From NCBI GenBank assembly GCA_032718475.1, contig JAUCBJ010006976.1, positions 38,169 to 102,168 of the forward strand: DNA of 64,000 nt, given 5' to 3'. The notes beneath the pieces are model-generated. The model worked only from the letters and a program-made list of their open reading frames with translations, had not been told where the DNA came from and did no database searches. The translations under genes and the position numbers were made by a program. Within the stretch, counting starts at the first letter, position 1; each line of letters starts with the position of its first letter. This stretch comes from Nemertoderma westbladi (Eukaryota; Animalia; Xenacoelomorpha). Of this stretch, positions 15,001-30,000 are shown piece by piece.

Positions 15001-18000
15001 GACACACTGAAGTGAGTAAAAGTTACAGGAATAAATAGCCGACACACTGAAGTGAGTAAAAGTTACAGGAATAAATAGCCGACACACTGAAGTGAGTAAA
15101 AGTTACCGTAATAAATAGCCGGCACACTGAAGTGAGTAAAAGTTACCGTAATAAATAGCCGACACACTGAAGTGAGTAAAAGTTACAGAAATAAATAGCC
15201 GACACACTGAAGTGAGTAAAAGTTACAGGAATAAATAGCTGACACACTGTAGTGAGTAAAAGTTACCGTAATAAATAGCCGACACACTGAAGTGAGTAAA
15301 AGTTACAGGAATAAATAGCCGACACACTGAAGTGAGTAAAAGTTACCGTAATAAATAGCCGGCACACTGAAGTGAGTAAAAGTTACCGTAATAAATAGCC
15401 GACACACTGAAGTGAGTAAAAGTTACAGGAATAAATAGCCGACACACTGAAGTGAGTAAAAATTACCGGAATAAATAGCCGGCACACTGAAGTGAGTAAA
15501 AGTTACAGGAATAAATAGCCGACACACTGAAGTGAGTAAAAGTTACCGTAATAAATAGCCGACACACTGAAGTGAGTAAAAGTTACAGAAATAAATAGCC
15601 GACACACTGAAGTGAGTAAAAGTTACCGGAATAAATAACCGACACACTGAAGTGAGTAAAAGTTACAGGAATAAATAGCCGACACACTGAAGTGAGTAAA
15701 AGTTACAGGAATAAATAGCCGACACACTGAAGTGAGTAAAAGTTACCGTAATAAATAGCCGACACACTGAAGTGAATAAAAGTTACAGGAATAAATAGCC
15801 GACACACTGAAGTGAGTAAAAGTTACCGTAATAAATAGCCGACACACTGAAGTGAGTAAAAGTTACAGGAATAAATAGCCGACACACTGAAGTGAGTAAA
15901 AGTTACCGGAATAAATAACCGACACACTGAAGTGAGTAAAAGTTACAGGAATAAATAGCCGACACACTGAAGTGAGTAAAAGTTACAGGAATAAATAGCC
16001 GACACACTGAAGTGAGTAAAAGTTACCGGAATAAATAACCGACACACTGAAGTGAGTAAAAGTTACAGGAATAAATAGCCGACACACTGAAGTGAGTAAA
16101 AGTTACAGGAATAAATAGCCGACACACTGAAGTGAGTAAAAGTTACAGGAATAAATAGCCGACACACTGAAGTGAGTAAAAGTTACAGGAATAAATAGCC
16201 GACACACTGAAGTGAGTAAAAGTTACAGGAATAAATAGCCGACACACTGAAGTGAGTAAAAGTTACCGTAATAAATAGCCGACACACTGAAGTGAGTAAA
16301 AGTTACAGGAATAAATAGCCGGCACACTGAAGTGAGTAAAAGTTACAGGAATAAATAGCCGACACACTGAAGTGAGTAAAAGTTACCGTAATAAATAGCC
16401 GACACACTGGAGTGAGTAAAAGTTACCGGAATAAATAGCCGATACACTGAAGTGAGTAAAAGTTACAGGAATAAATAGCCGGCACACTGAAGTGAGTAAA
16501 AGTTACCGTAATGAATAGCCGACACACTGAAGTGAGTAAAAGTTACAGGAATAAATAGCCGACACACTGAAGTGAGTAAAAGTTACAGGAATAAATAGCC
16601 GACACACTGAAGTGAGTAAAAGTTACAGGAATAAATAGCCGGCACACTGAAGTGAGTAAGAGTTACCGTAATAAATAGCCGACACACTGAAGTGAGTAAA
16701 AGTTACCGGAATAAATAGCCGACACACTGAAGTGAGTAAAAGTTACAGGAATAAATAGCCGGCACACTGAAGTGAGTAAGAGTTACCGTAATAAATAGCC
16801 GACACACTGAAGTGAGTAAAAGTTACCGTAATAAATAGCCGGCACACTGAAGTGAGTAAAAGTTACAGGAATAAATAGCCGGCACACTGAAGTGAGTAAA
16901 AGTTTCCGTAATAAATAGCCGGCACACTGAAGTGAGTAAAAGTTACCGTAATAAATAGCCGGCACACTGAAGTGAGTAAAAGTTACAGGAATAAATAGCC
17001 GACACACTGAAGTGAGTAAAAGTTACCGGAATAAATAACCGACACACTGAAGTGAGTAAAAGTTACAGGAATAAATAGTCGACACACTGAAGTGAGTAAA
17101 AGTTACCGTAATAAATAGCCGACACACTGAAGTGAGTAAAAGTTACCGTAATAAATAGCCGGCACACTGAAGTGAGTAAAAGTTACAGGAATAAATAGCC
17201 GGCACACTGAAGTGAGTAAAAGTTACAGGAATAAATAGCCGACACACTGAAGTGAGTAAAAGTTACAGGAATAAATAGCCGACACACTGAAGTGAGTAAA
17301 AGTTACCGTAATAAATAGCCGGCACACTGAAGTGAGTAAAAGTTACAGGAATAAATAGCCGGCACACTGAAGTGAGTAAGAGTTACCGTAATAAATAGCC
17401 GACACACTGAAGTGAGTAAAAGTTACCGTAATAAATAGCCGGTACACTGAAGTGAGTAAAAGTTACAGGAATAAATAGCCGACACACTGAAGTGAGTAAA
17501 AGTTACCGTAATAAATAGCCGGCACACTGAAGTGAGTAAAAGTTACCGTAATAAATAGCCGACACACTGAAGTGAGTAAAAGTTACCGGAATAAATAGCC
17601 GACACACTGGAGTGAGTAAAAGTTACCGGAATAAATAACCGACACACTGAAGTGAGTAAAAGTTACAGGAATAAATAGCTGACACACTGTAGTGAGTAAA
17701 AGTTACCGTAATAAATAGCCGACACACTGAAGTGAGTAAAAGTTACAGGAATAAATAGCCGACACACTGAAGTGAGTAAAAGTTACCGTAATAAATAGCC
17801 GACACACTGTAGTGAGTAAAAGTTACCGTAATAAATAGCCGACACACTGAAGTGAGTAAAAGTTACAGGAATAAATAGCCGACACACTGAAGTGAGTAAA
17901 AGTTACAGGAATAAATAGCCGACACACTGAAGTGAGTAAAAGTTACCGTAATAAATAGCCGGCACACTGAAGTGAGTAAAAGTTACCGTAATAAATAGCC

Positions 18001-21000
18001 GACACACTGAAGTGAGTAAAAGTTACAGGAATAAATAGCCGACACACTGAAGTGAGTAAAAGTTACCGTAATAAATAGCCGACACACTGAAGTGAGTAAA
18101 AGTTACCGGAATAAATAGCCGACACACTGGAGTGAGTAAAAGTTACCGGAATAAATAACCGACACACTGAAGTGAGTAAAAGTTACAGGAATAAATAGCC
18201 GACACACTGAAGTGAGTAAAAGTTACCGGAATAAATAACCGACACACTGAAGTGAGTAAAAGTTACCGGAATAAATAGCCGACACACTGAAGTGAGTAAA
18301 AGTTACAGGAATAAATAGCCGACACACTGAAGTGAGTAAAAGTTACAGGAATAAATAGCCGACACACTGAAGTGAGTAAAAGTTACCGTAATAAATAGCC
18401 GACATACTGAAGTGAGTAAAAGTTACAGGAATAAATAGCTGACACACTGAAGTGAGTAAAAGTTACCGTAATAAATAGCCGACACACTGAAGTGAGTAAA
18501 AGTTACCGGAATAAATAGCTGACACACTGGAGTGAGTAAAAGTTACCGTAATAAATAGCCGACACACTGAAGTGAGTAAAAGTTACCGGAATAAATAGCC
18601 GACAAACTGAAGTGAGTAAAAGTTACAGGAATAAATAGCCGACACACTGAAGTGAGTAAAAGTTACCGTAATAAATAGCCGACACACTGAAGTGAGTAAA
18701 AGTTACCGGAATAAATAACCGACACACTGAAGTGAGTAAAAGTTACCGTAATAAATAGCCGACACACTGAAGTGAGTAAAAGTTACCGGAATAAATAGCC
18801 GACACACTGGAGTGAGTAAAAGTTACCGGAATAAATAACCGACACACTGAAGTGAGTAAAAGTTACAGGAATAAATAGCCGACACACTGAAGTGAGTAAA
18901 AGTTACCGTAATAAATAGCCGACACACTGAAGTGAGTAAAAGTTACAGGAATAAATAGCCGACACACTGAAGTGAGTAAAAGTTACCGTAATAAATAGCC
19001 GACACACTGGAGTGAGTAAAAGTTACCGGAATAAATAACCGACACACTGAAGTGAGTAAAAGTTACAGGAATAAATAGCCGACACACTGAAGTGAGTAAA
19101 AGTTACCGGAATAAATAACCGACACACTGAAGTGAGTAAAAGTTACCGGAATAAATAGCCGACACACTGAAGTGAGTAAAAGTTACCGGAATAAATAGCC
19201 GACACACTGGAGTGAGTAAAAGTTACCGGAATAAATAACCGACACACTGAAGTGAGTAAAAGTTACAGGAATAAATAGCCGAAACACTGAAGTGAGTAAA
19301 AGTTACCGGAATAAATAACCGACACACTGAAGTGAGTAAAAGTTACCGGAATAAATAGCCGACACACTGAAGTGAGTAAAAGTTACAGGAATAAATAGCC
19401 GACACACTGAAGTGAGTAAAAGTTACAGGAATAAATAGCCGACACACTGAAGTGAGTAAAAGTTACCGTAATAAATAGCCGACACACTGAAGTGAGTAAA
19501 AGTTACAGGAATAAATAGCCGACACACTGAAGTGAGTAAGAGTTACCGTAATAAATAGCCGACACACTGAAGTGAGTAAAAGTTACCGGAATAAATAGCT
19601 GACACACTGGAGTGAGTAAAAGTTACCGTAATAAATAGCCGACACACTGAAGTGAGTAAAAGTTACCGGAATAAATAGCCGACAAACTGAAGTGAGTAAA
19701 AGTTACAGGAATAAATAGCCGACACACTGAAGTGAGTAAAAGTTACCGGAATAAATAGCCGACACACTGGAGTGAGTAAAAGTTACCGGAATAAATAACC
19801 GACACACTGAAGTGAGTAAAAGTTACAGGAATAAATAGCCGACACACTGAAGTGAGTAAAAGTTACCGGAATAAATAACCGACACACTGAAGTGAGTAAA
19901 AGTTACCGGAATAAATAGCCGACACACTGAAGTGAGTAAAAGTTACAGGAATAAATAGCCGACACACTGAAGTGAGTAAAAGTTACAGGAATAAATAGCC
20001 GACACACTGAAGTGAGTAAAAGTTACCGTAATAAATAGCCGACACACTGAAGTGAGTAAAAGTTACAGGAATAAATAGCCGACACACTGAAGTGAGTAAA
20101 AGTTACCGTAATAAATAGCCGACACACTGAAGTGAGTAAAAGTTACCGGAATAAATAGCTGACACACTGGAGTGAGTAAAAGTTACCGTAATAAATAGCC
20201 GACACACTGAAGTGAGTAAAAGTTACCGGAATAAATAGCCGACAAACTGAAGTGAGTAAAAGTTACAGGAATAAATAGCCGACACACTGAAGTGAGTAAA
20301 AGTTACCGTAATAAATAGCCGACACACTGAAGTGAGTAAAAGTTACCGTAATAAATAGCCGACACACTGAAGTGAGTAAAAGTTACAGGAATAAATAGCC
20401 GACACACTGAAGTGAGTAAAAGTTACCGTAATAAATAGCCGACACACTGAAGTGAGTAAAAGTTACCGTAATAAATAGCCGACACACTGAAGTGAGTAAA
20501 AGTTACCGGAATAAATAGCCGACACACTGAAGTGAGTAAAAGTTACCGTAATAAATAGCCGACACACTGAAGTGAGTAAAAGTTACCGTAATAAATAGCC
20601 GACACACTGAAGTGAGTAAAAGTTACCGGAATAAATAGCCGACACACTGAAGTGAGTAAAAGTTACCGTAATAAATAGCCGACACACTGAAGTGAGTAAA
20701 AGTTACCGGAATAAATAGCCGGCACACTGAAGTGAGTAAAAGTTACCGTAATAAATAGCCGACACACTGAAGTGAGTAAAAGTTACCGTAATAAATAGCC
20801 GACACACTGAAGTGAGTAAAAGTTACCGTAATAAATAGCCGACACACTGAAGTGAGTAAAAGTTACCGTAATAAATAGCCGACACACTGAAGTGAGTAAA
20901 AGTTACAGGAATAAATAGCCGACACACTGAAGTGAGTAAAAGTTACCGTAATAAATAGCCGACACACTGAAGTGAGTAAAAGTTACCGTAATAAATAGCC

Positions 21001-24000
21001 GACACACTGAAGTGAGTAAAAGTTACAGGAATAAATAGCCGACACACTGAAGTGAGTAAAAGTTACCGTAATAAATAGCCGACACACTGAAGTGAGTAAA
21101 AGTTACCGTAATAAATAGCCGACACACTGAAGTGAGTAAAAGTTACCGTAATAAATAGCCGACACACTGAAGTGAGTAAAAGTTACCGTAATAAATAGCC
21201 GACACACTGAAGTGAGTAAAAGTTACCGTAATAAATAGCCGACACACTGAAGTGAGTAAAAGTTACCGTAATAAATAGCCGACACACTGATGAAGTGAGT
21301 AAAAGTTACCGGAATAAATAGCCGACACACTGAAGTGAGTAAAAGTTACCGTAATAAATAGCCGACACACTGAAGTGAGTAAAAGTTACCGTAATAAATA
21401 GCCGACACACTGAAGTGAGTAAAAGTTACCGTAATAAATAGCCGACACACTGAAGTGAGTAAAAGTTACCGTAATAAATAGCCGACACACTGAAGTGAGT
21501 AAAAGTTACAGGAATAAATAGCCGACACACTGAAGTGAGTAAAAGTTACAGGAATAAATAGCCGACACACTGAAGTGAGTAAAAGTTACCGTAATAAATA
21601 GCCGACACACTGAAGTGAGTAAAAGTTACCGTAATAAATAGCCGACACACTGAAGTGAGTAAAAGTTACAGGAATAAATAGCCGACACACTGAAGTGAGT
21701 AAAAGTTACCGTAATAAATAGCCGACACACTGAAGTGAGTAAAAGTTACCGTAATAAATAGCCGACACACTGAAGTGAGTAAAAGTTACCGTAATAAATA
21801 GCCGACACACTGAAGTGAGTAAAAGTTACCGTAATAAATAGCCGACACACTGAAGTGAGTAAAAGTTACCGTAATAAATAGCCGACACACTGAAGTGAGT
21901 AAAAGTTACCGTAATAAATAGCCGACACACTGAAGTGAGTAAAAGTTACCGTAATAAATAGCCGACACACTGAAGTGAGTAAAAGTTACAGGAATAAATA
22001 GCCGACACACTGAAGTGAGTAAAAGTTACAGGAATAAATAGCCGACACACTGAAGTGAGTAAAAGTTACCGTAATAAATAGCCGACACACTGAAGTGAGT
22101 AAAAGTTACCGTAATAAATAGCCGACACACTGAAGTGAGTAAAAGTTACCGTAATAAATAGCCGACACACTGAAGTGAGTAAAAGTTACAGGAATAAATA
22201 GCCGACACACTGAAGTGAGTAAAAGTTACCGTAATAAATAGCCGACACACTGGAGTGAGTAAAAGTTACCGGAATAAATAGCCGATACACTGAAGTGAGT
22301 AAAAGTTACAGGAATAAATAGCCGGCACACTGAAGTGAGTAAAAGTTACCGTAATGAATAGCCGACACACTGAAGTGAGTAAAAGTTACAGGAATAAATA
22401 GCCGACACACTGAAGTGAGTAAAAGTTACAGGAATAAATAGCCGACACACTGAAGTGAGTAAAAGTTACAGGAATAAATAGCCGGCACACTGAAGTGAGT
22501 AAGAGTTACCGTAATAAATAGCCGACACACTGAAGTGAGTAAAAGTTACCGGAATAAATAGCCGACACACTGAAGTGAGTAAAAGTTACAGGAATAAATA
22601 GCCGGCACACTGAAGTGAGTAAGAGTTACCGTAATAAATAGCCGACACACTGAAGTGAGTAAAAGTTACCGTAATAAATAGCCGGCACACTGAAGTGAGT
22701 AAAAGTTACAGGAATAAATAGCCGGCACACTGAAGTGAGTAAAAGTTACCATAATAAATAGCCGGCACACTGAAGTGAGTAAAAGTTACCGTAATAAATA
22801 GCCGGCACACTGAAGTGAGTAAAAGTTACAGGAATAAATAGCCGACACACTGAAGTGAGTAAAAGTTACCGGAATAAATAACCGACACACTGAAGTGAGT
22901 AAAAGTTACAGGAATAAATAGTCGACACACTGAAGTGAGTAAAAGTTACCGTAATAAATAGCCGACACACTGAAGTGAGTAAAAGTTACCGTAATAAATA
23001 GCCGGCACACTGAAGTGAGTAAAAGTTACAGGAATAAATAGCCGGCACACTGAAGTGAGTAAAAGTTACAGGAATAAATAGCCGACACACTGAAGTGAGT
23101 AAAAGTTACAGGAATAAATAGCCGACACACTGAAGTGAGTAAAAGTTACCGTAATAAATAGCCGGCACACTGAAGTGAGTAAAAGTTACAGGAATAAATA
23201 GCCGGCACACTGAAGTGAGTAAGAGTTACCGTAATAAATAGCCGACACACTGAAGTGAGTAAAAGTTACCGTAATAAATAGCCGACACACTGAAGAAGTG
23301 AGTAAAAGTTACCGTAATAAATAGCCGACACACTGAAGTGAGTAAAAGTTACCGGAATAAATAGCTGACACACTGAAGTGAGTAAAAGTTACCGTAATAA
23401 ATAGCCGACACACTGAAGTGAGTAAAAGTTACCGTAATAAATAGCCGACACACTGGAGTGAGTAAAAGTTACCGTAATAAATAGCCGACACACTGAAGTG
23501 AGTAAAAGTTACCGTAATAAATAGCCGACACACTGGAGTGAGTAAAAGTTACCGGAATAAATAGCCGACACACTGAATGAAGTGAGTAAAAGTTACCGTA
23601 ATAAATAGCCGACGCACTGAAGTGAGTAAAAGTTACCGTAATAAATAGCCGACACACTGAAGTGAGTAAAAGTTACCGTAATAAATAGCCGACACACTGA
23701 AGTGAGTAAAAGTTACCGGAATAAATAGCCGACACACTGAATGAAGTGAGTAAAAGTTACCGTAATAAATAGCCGACGCACTGAAGTGAGTAAAAGTTAC
23801 CGTAATAAATAGCCGACACACTGAAGTGAGTAAAAGTTACAGGAATAAATAGCCGACACACTGAAGTGAGTAAAAGTTACAGGAATAAATAGCCGACACA
23901 CTGAAGTGAGTAAAAGTTACAGGAATAAATAGCCGACACACTGAAGTGAGTAAAAGTTACCGTAATAAATAGCCGGCACACTGAAGTGAGTAAAAGTTAC

Positions 24001-27000
24001 CGTAATAAATAGCCGACACACTGAAGTGAGTAAAAGTTACCGTAATAAATAGCCGACACACTGAAGTGAGTAAAAGTTACAGGAATAAATAGCCGACACA
24101 CTGAAGTGAGTAAAAGTTACCGTAATAAATAGCCGACACACTGAAGTGAGTAAAAGTTACAGGAATAAATAGCCGACACACTGAAGTGAGTAAAAGTTAC
24201 CGTAATAAATAGCCGACACACTGAAGTGAGTAAAAGTTACAGGAATAAATAGCCGACACACTGAAGTGAGTAAAAGTTACCGGAATAAATAACCGACACA
24301 CTGAAGTGAGTAAAAGTTACAGGAATAAATAGCCGACACACTGAAGTGAGTAAAAGTTACAGGAATAAATAGCCGACACACTGAAGTGAGTAAAAGTTAC
24401 CGTAATAAATAGCCGACACACTGAAGTGAGTAAAAGTTACAGGAATAAATAGCCGACACACTGAAGTGAGTAAAAGTTACCGTAATAAATAGCCGACACA
24501 CTGCAGTGAGTAAAAGTTACCGGAATAAATAGCCGACACACTGAAGTGAGTAAAAGTTACCGGAATAAATAGCCGACACACTGAAGTGAGTAAAAGTTAC
24601 CGTAATAAATAGCCGACACACTGAAGTGAGTAAAAGTTACCGTAATAAATAGCCGACACACTGAAGTGAGTAAAAGTTACCGTAATAAATAGCCGACACA
24701 CTGAAGTGAGTAAAAGTTACCGGAATAAATAGCCGACACACTGAAGTGAGTAAAAGTTACCGGAATAAATAGCCGACACACTGAAGTGAGTAAAGGTTAC
24801 CGTAATAAATAGCCGACACACTGAAGTGAGTAAAAGTTACCGTAATAAATAGCCGACACACTGAAGTGAGTAAAAGTTACCGTAATAAATAGCCGACACA
24901 CTGAAGTGAGTAAAAGTTACCGGAATAAATAGCCGACACACTGAAGTGAGTAAAAGTTACCGTAATAAATAGCCGACACACTGAAGTGAGTAAAAGTTAC
25001 CGTAATAAATAGCCGACACACTGAAGTGAGTAAAAGTTACAGGAATAAATAGCCGACACACTGAAGTGAGTAAAATTTACCGTAATAAATAGCCGACACA
25101 CTGAAGTGAGTAAAAGTTACCGGAATAAATAGCCGACACACTGAAGTGAGTAAAAGTTACCGTAATAAATAGCCGACACACATGAAGTGAGTAAAAGTTA
25201 CCGTAATAAATAGCCGACACACTGAAGTGAGTAAAAGTTACAGGAATAAATAGCCGACACACTGAAGTGAGTAAAAGTTACCGTAATAAATAGCCGACAC
25301 ACTGAAGTGAGTAAAAGTTACAGGAATAAATAGCCGACACACTGAAGTGAGTAAAAGTTACCGTAATAAATAGCCGACACACTGAAGTGAGTAAAAGTTA
25401 CAGGAATAAATAGCCGACACACTGAAGTGAGTAAAAGTTACCGGAATAAATAACCGACACACTGAAGTGAGTAAAAGTTACAGGAATAAATAGCCGACAC
25501 ACTGAAGTGAGTAAAAGTTACAGGAATAAATAGCCGACACACTGAAGTGAGTAAAAGTTACCGTAATAAATAGCCGACACACTGAAGTGAGTAAAAGTTA
25601 CAGGAATAAATAGCCGACACACTGAAGTGAGTAAAAATTACCGGAATAAATAGCCGGCACACTGAAGTGAGTAAAAGTTACAGGAATAAATAGCCGACAC
25701 ACTGAAGTGAGTAAAAGTTACAGGAATAAATAGCCAACACACTGAAGTGAGTAAAAGTTACAGGAATAAATAGCCGACACACTGAAGTGAGTAAAAGTTA
25801 CAGGAATAAATAGCCGACACACTGAATTGAGTAAAAGTTACAGGAATAAATAGCCGACACACTGAAGTGAGTAAAAGTTACAGGAATAAATAGCCGACAC
25901 ACTGAAGTGAGTAAAAGTTACCGTAATAAATAGCCGACACACTGAAGTGAGTAAAAGTTACAGGAATAAATAGCCGACACACTGAAGTGAGTAAAAGTTA
26001 CCGTAATAAATAGCCGACACACTGAAGTGAGTAAAAGTTACAGGAATAAATAGCCGACACACTGAAGTGAGTAAAAGTTACCGGAATAAATAACCGACAC
26101 ACTGAAGTGAGTAAAAGTTACAGGAATAAATAGCCGACACACTGAAGTGAGTAAAAGTTACAGGAATAAATAGCCGACACACTGAAGTGAGTAAAAGTTA
26201 CAGGAATAAATAGCCGACACACTGAGGTGAGTAAAGGTTACCGTAATAAATAGCCGACACACTGAAGTGAGTAAAAGTTACCGTAATAAATAGCCGACAC
26301 ACTGAAGTGAGTAAAAGTTACCGTAATAAATAGCCGACACACTGAAGTGAGTAAAAGTTACCGTAATAAATAGCCGACACACTGAAGTGAGTAAAAGTTA
26401 CAGGAATAAATAGCCGACACACTGAAGTGAGTAAAAGTTACAGGAATAAATAGCCGACACACTGAAGTGAGTAAAAGTTACCGTAATAAATAGTCGACAC
26501 ACTGAAGTGAGTAAAAGTTACCGTAATAAATAGCCGGCACACTGAAGTGAGTAAAAGTTACAGGAATAAATAGCCGGCACACTGAAGTGAGTAAAAGTTA
26601 CAGGAATAAATAGCCGACACACTGAAGTGAGTAAAAGTTACAGGAATAAATAGCCGACACACTGAAGTGAGTAAAAGTTACCGTAATAAATAGCCGGCAC
26701 ACTGAAGTGAGTAAAAGTTACAGGAATAAATAGCCGGCACACTGAAGTGAGTAAAAGTTACCGTAATAAATAGCCGACACACTGAAGTGAGTAAAAGTTA
26801 CAGGAATAAATAGCCGACACACTGAAGTGAGTAAAAGTTACAGGAATAAATAGCCGACACACTGAAGTGAGTAAAAGTTACCGTAATAAATAGTCGACAC
26901 ACTGAAGTGAGTAAAAGTTACCGTAATAAATAGCCGGCACACTGAAGTGAGTAAAAGTTACAGGAATAAATAGCCGCCACACTGAAGTGAGTAAAAGTTA

Positions 27001-30000
27001 CAGGAATAAATAGCCGACACACTGAAGTGAGTAAAAGTTACAGGAATAAATAGCAGACACACTGAAGTGAGTAAAAGTTACCGTAATAAATAGCCGGCAC
27101 ACTGAAGTGAGTAAAAGTTACAGGAATAAATAGCCGGCACACTGAAGTGAGTAAAAGTTACCGTAATAAATAGCCGACACACTGAAGTGAGTAAAAGTTA
27201 CAGGAATAAATAGCCGACACACTGAAGTGAGTAAAAATTACCGGAATAAATAGCCGGCACACTGAAGTGAGTAAAAGTTACAGGAATAAATAGCCGACAC
27301 ACTGAAGTGAGTAAAAGTTACCGTAATAAATAGCCGACACACTGAAGTGAGTAAAAGTTACCGTAATAAATAGCCGGCACACTGAAGTGAGTAAAAGTTA
27401 CAGGAATAAATAGCCGGCACACTGAAGTGAGTAAAAGTTACAGGAATAAATAGCCGACACACTGAAGTGAGTAAAAGTTACAGGAATAAATAGCCGACAC
27501 ACTGAAGTGAGTAAAAGTTACCGTAATAAATAGCCGGCACACTGAAGTGAGTAAAAGTTACCGTAATAAATAGCCGACACACTGAAGTGAGTAAAAGTTA
27601 CCGTAATAAATAGCCGACACACTGAAGTGAGTAAAAGTTACCGTAATAAATAGCTGGCACACTGAAGTGAGTAAAAGTTACCGTAATAAATAGCCGGCAC
27701 ACTGAAGTGAGTAAAAGTTACCGTAATAAATAGCCGGCACACTGAAGTGAGTAAAAGTTACCGTAATAAATAGCCGGCACACTGAAGTGAGTAAAAGTTA
27801 CCGTAATAAATAGCCGGCACACTGAAGTGAGTAAAAGTTACCGTAATAAATAGCCGACACACTGAAGTGAGTAAAAGTTACCGTAATAAATAGCCGACAC
27901 ACTGAAGTGAGTAAAAGTTACCATAATAAATAGCCGGCACACTGAAGTGAGTAAAAGTTACAGGAATAAATAGCCGGCACACTGAAGTGAGTAAAAGTTA
28001 CAGGAATAAATAGCCGACACACTGAAGTGAGTAAAAATTACCGGAATAAATAGCCGGCACACTGAAGTGAGTAAAAGTTACAGGAATAAATAGCCGACAC
28101 ACTGAAGTGAGTAAAAGTTACAGGAATAAATAGCCGACACACTGAAGTGAGTAAAAATTACTGGAATAAATAGCCGGCACACTGAAGTGAGTAAAAGTTA
28201 CAGGAATAAATAGCCGACACACTGAAGTGAGTAAAAATTACCGGAATAAATAGCCGGCACACTGAAGTGAGTAAAAGTTACAGGAATAAATAGCCGACAC
28301 ACTGAAGTGAGTAAAAGTTACCGTAATAAATAGCCGACACACTGAAGTGAGTAAAAGTTACAGGAATAAATAGCCGGCACACTGAAGTGAGTAAAAGTTA
28401 CCGTAATAAATAGCCGATACACTGAAGTGAGTAAAAGTTACCGTAATAAATAGCCGGCACACTGAGGTGAGTAAAAGTTACCGTAATAAATAGCCGACAC
28501 ACTGGAGTGAGTAAAAGTTACCGTAATAAATAGCCGACACACTGAAGTGAGTAAAAATTACCGGAATAAATAGCCGGCACACTGAAGTGAGTAAAAGTTA
28601 CAGGAATAAATAGCCGACACACTGAAGTGAGTAAAAATTACCGGAATAAATAGCCGGCACACTGAAGTGAGTAAAAGTTACAGGAATAAATAGCCGACAC
28701 ACTGAAGTGAGTAAAAGTTACCGTAATAAATAGCCGACACACTGAAGTGAGTAAAAGTTACCGTAATAAATAGCCGGCACACTGAAGTGAGTAAAAGTTA
28801 CAGGAATAAATAGCCGGCACACTGAAGTGAGTAAAAGTTACAGGAATAAATAGCCGACACACTGAAGTGAGTAAAAGTTACAGGAATAAATAGCCGACAC
28901 ACTGAAGTGAGTAAAAGTTACCGTAATAAATAGCCGGCACACTGAAGTGAGTAAAAGTTACCGTAATAAATAGCCGACACACTGAAGTGAGTAAAAGTTA
29001 CCGTAATAAATAGCCGACACACTGAAGTGAGTAAAAGTTACCGTAATAAATAGCCGGCACACTGAAGTGAGTAAAAGTTACCGTAATAAATAGCCGACAC
29101 ACTGAAGTGAGTAAAAGTTACCGGAATAAATAGCCGACACACTGAAGTGAGTAAAAGTTACCGTAATAAATAGCCGGCACACTGAAGTGAGTAAAAGTTA
29201 CCGTAATAAATAGCCGGCACACTGAAGTGAGTAAAAGTTACCGTAATAAATAGCCGACACACTGAAGTGAGTAAAAGTTACCGTAATAAATAGCCGACAC
29301 ACTGAAGTGAGTAAAAGTTACCGTAATAAATAGCCGGCACACTGAAGTGAGTAAAAGTTACAGGAATAAATAGCCGGCACACTGAAGTGAGTAAAAGTTA
29401 CAGGAATAAATAGCCGACACACTGAAGTGAGTAAAAGTTACAGGAATAAATAGCCGACACACTGAGGTGAGTAAAGGTTACCGTAATAAATAGCCGACAC
29501 ACTGAAGTGAGTAAAAGTTACCGTAATAAATAGCCGACACACTGAAGTGAGTAAAAGTTACCGTAATAAATAGCCGACACACTGAAGTGAGTAAAAGTTA
29601 CCGTAATAAATAGCCGGCACACTGAAGTGAGTAAAAGTTACAGGAATAAATAGCCGACACACTGAAGTGAGTAAAAGTTACAGGAATAAATAGCCGACAC
29701 ACTGAAGTGAGTAAAAGTTACCGTAATAAATAGCCGGCACACTGAAGTGAGTAAAAGTTACAGGAATAAATAGCCGGCACACTGAAGTGAGTAAAAGTTA
29801 CCGTAATAAATAGCCGACACACTGAAGTGAGTAAAAGTTACAGGAATAAATAGCCGACACACTGAAGTGAGTAAAAATTACCGGAATAAATAGCCGGCAC
29901 ACTGAAGTGAGTAAAAGTTACAGGAATAAATAGCCGACACACTGAAGTGAGTAAAAGTTACCGTAATAAATAGCCGACACACTGAAGTGAGTAAAAGTTA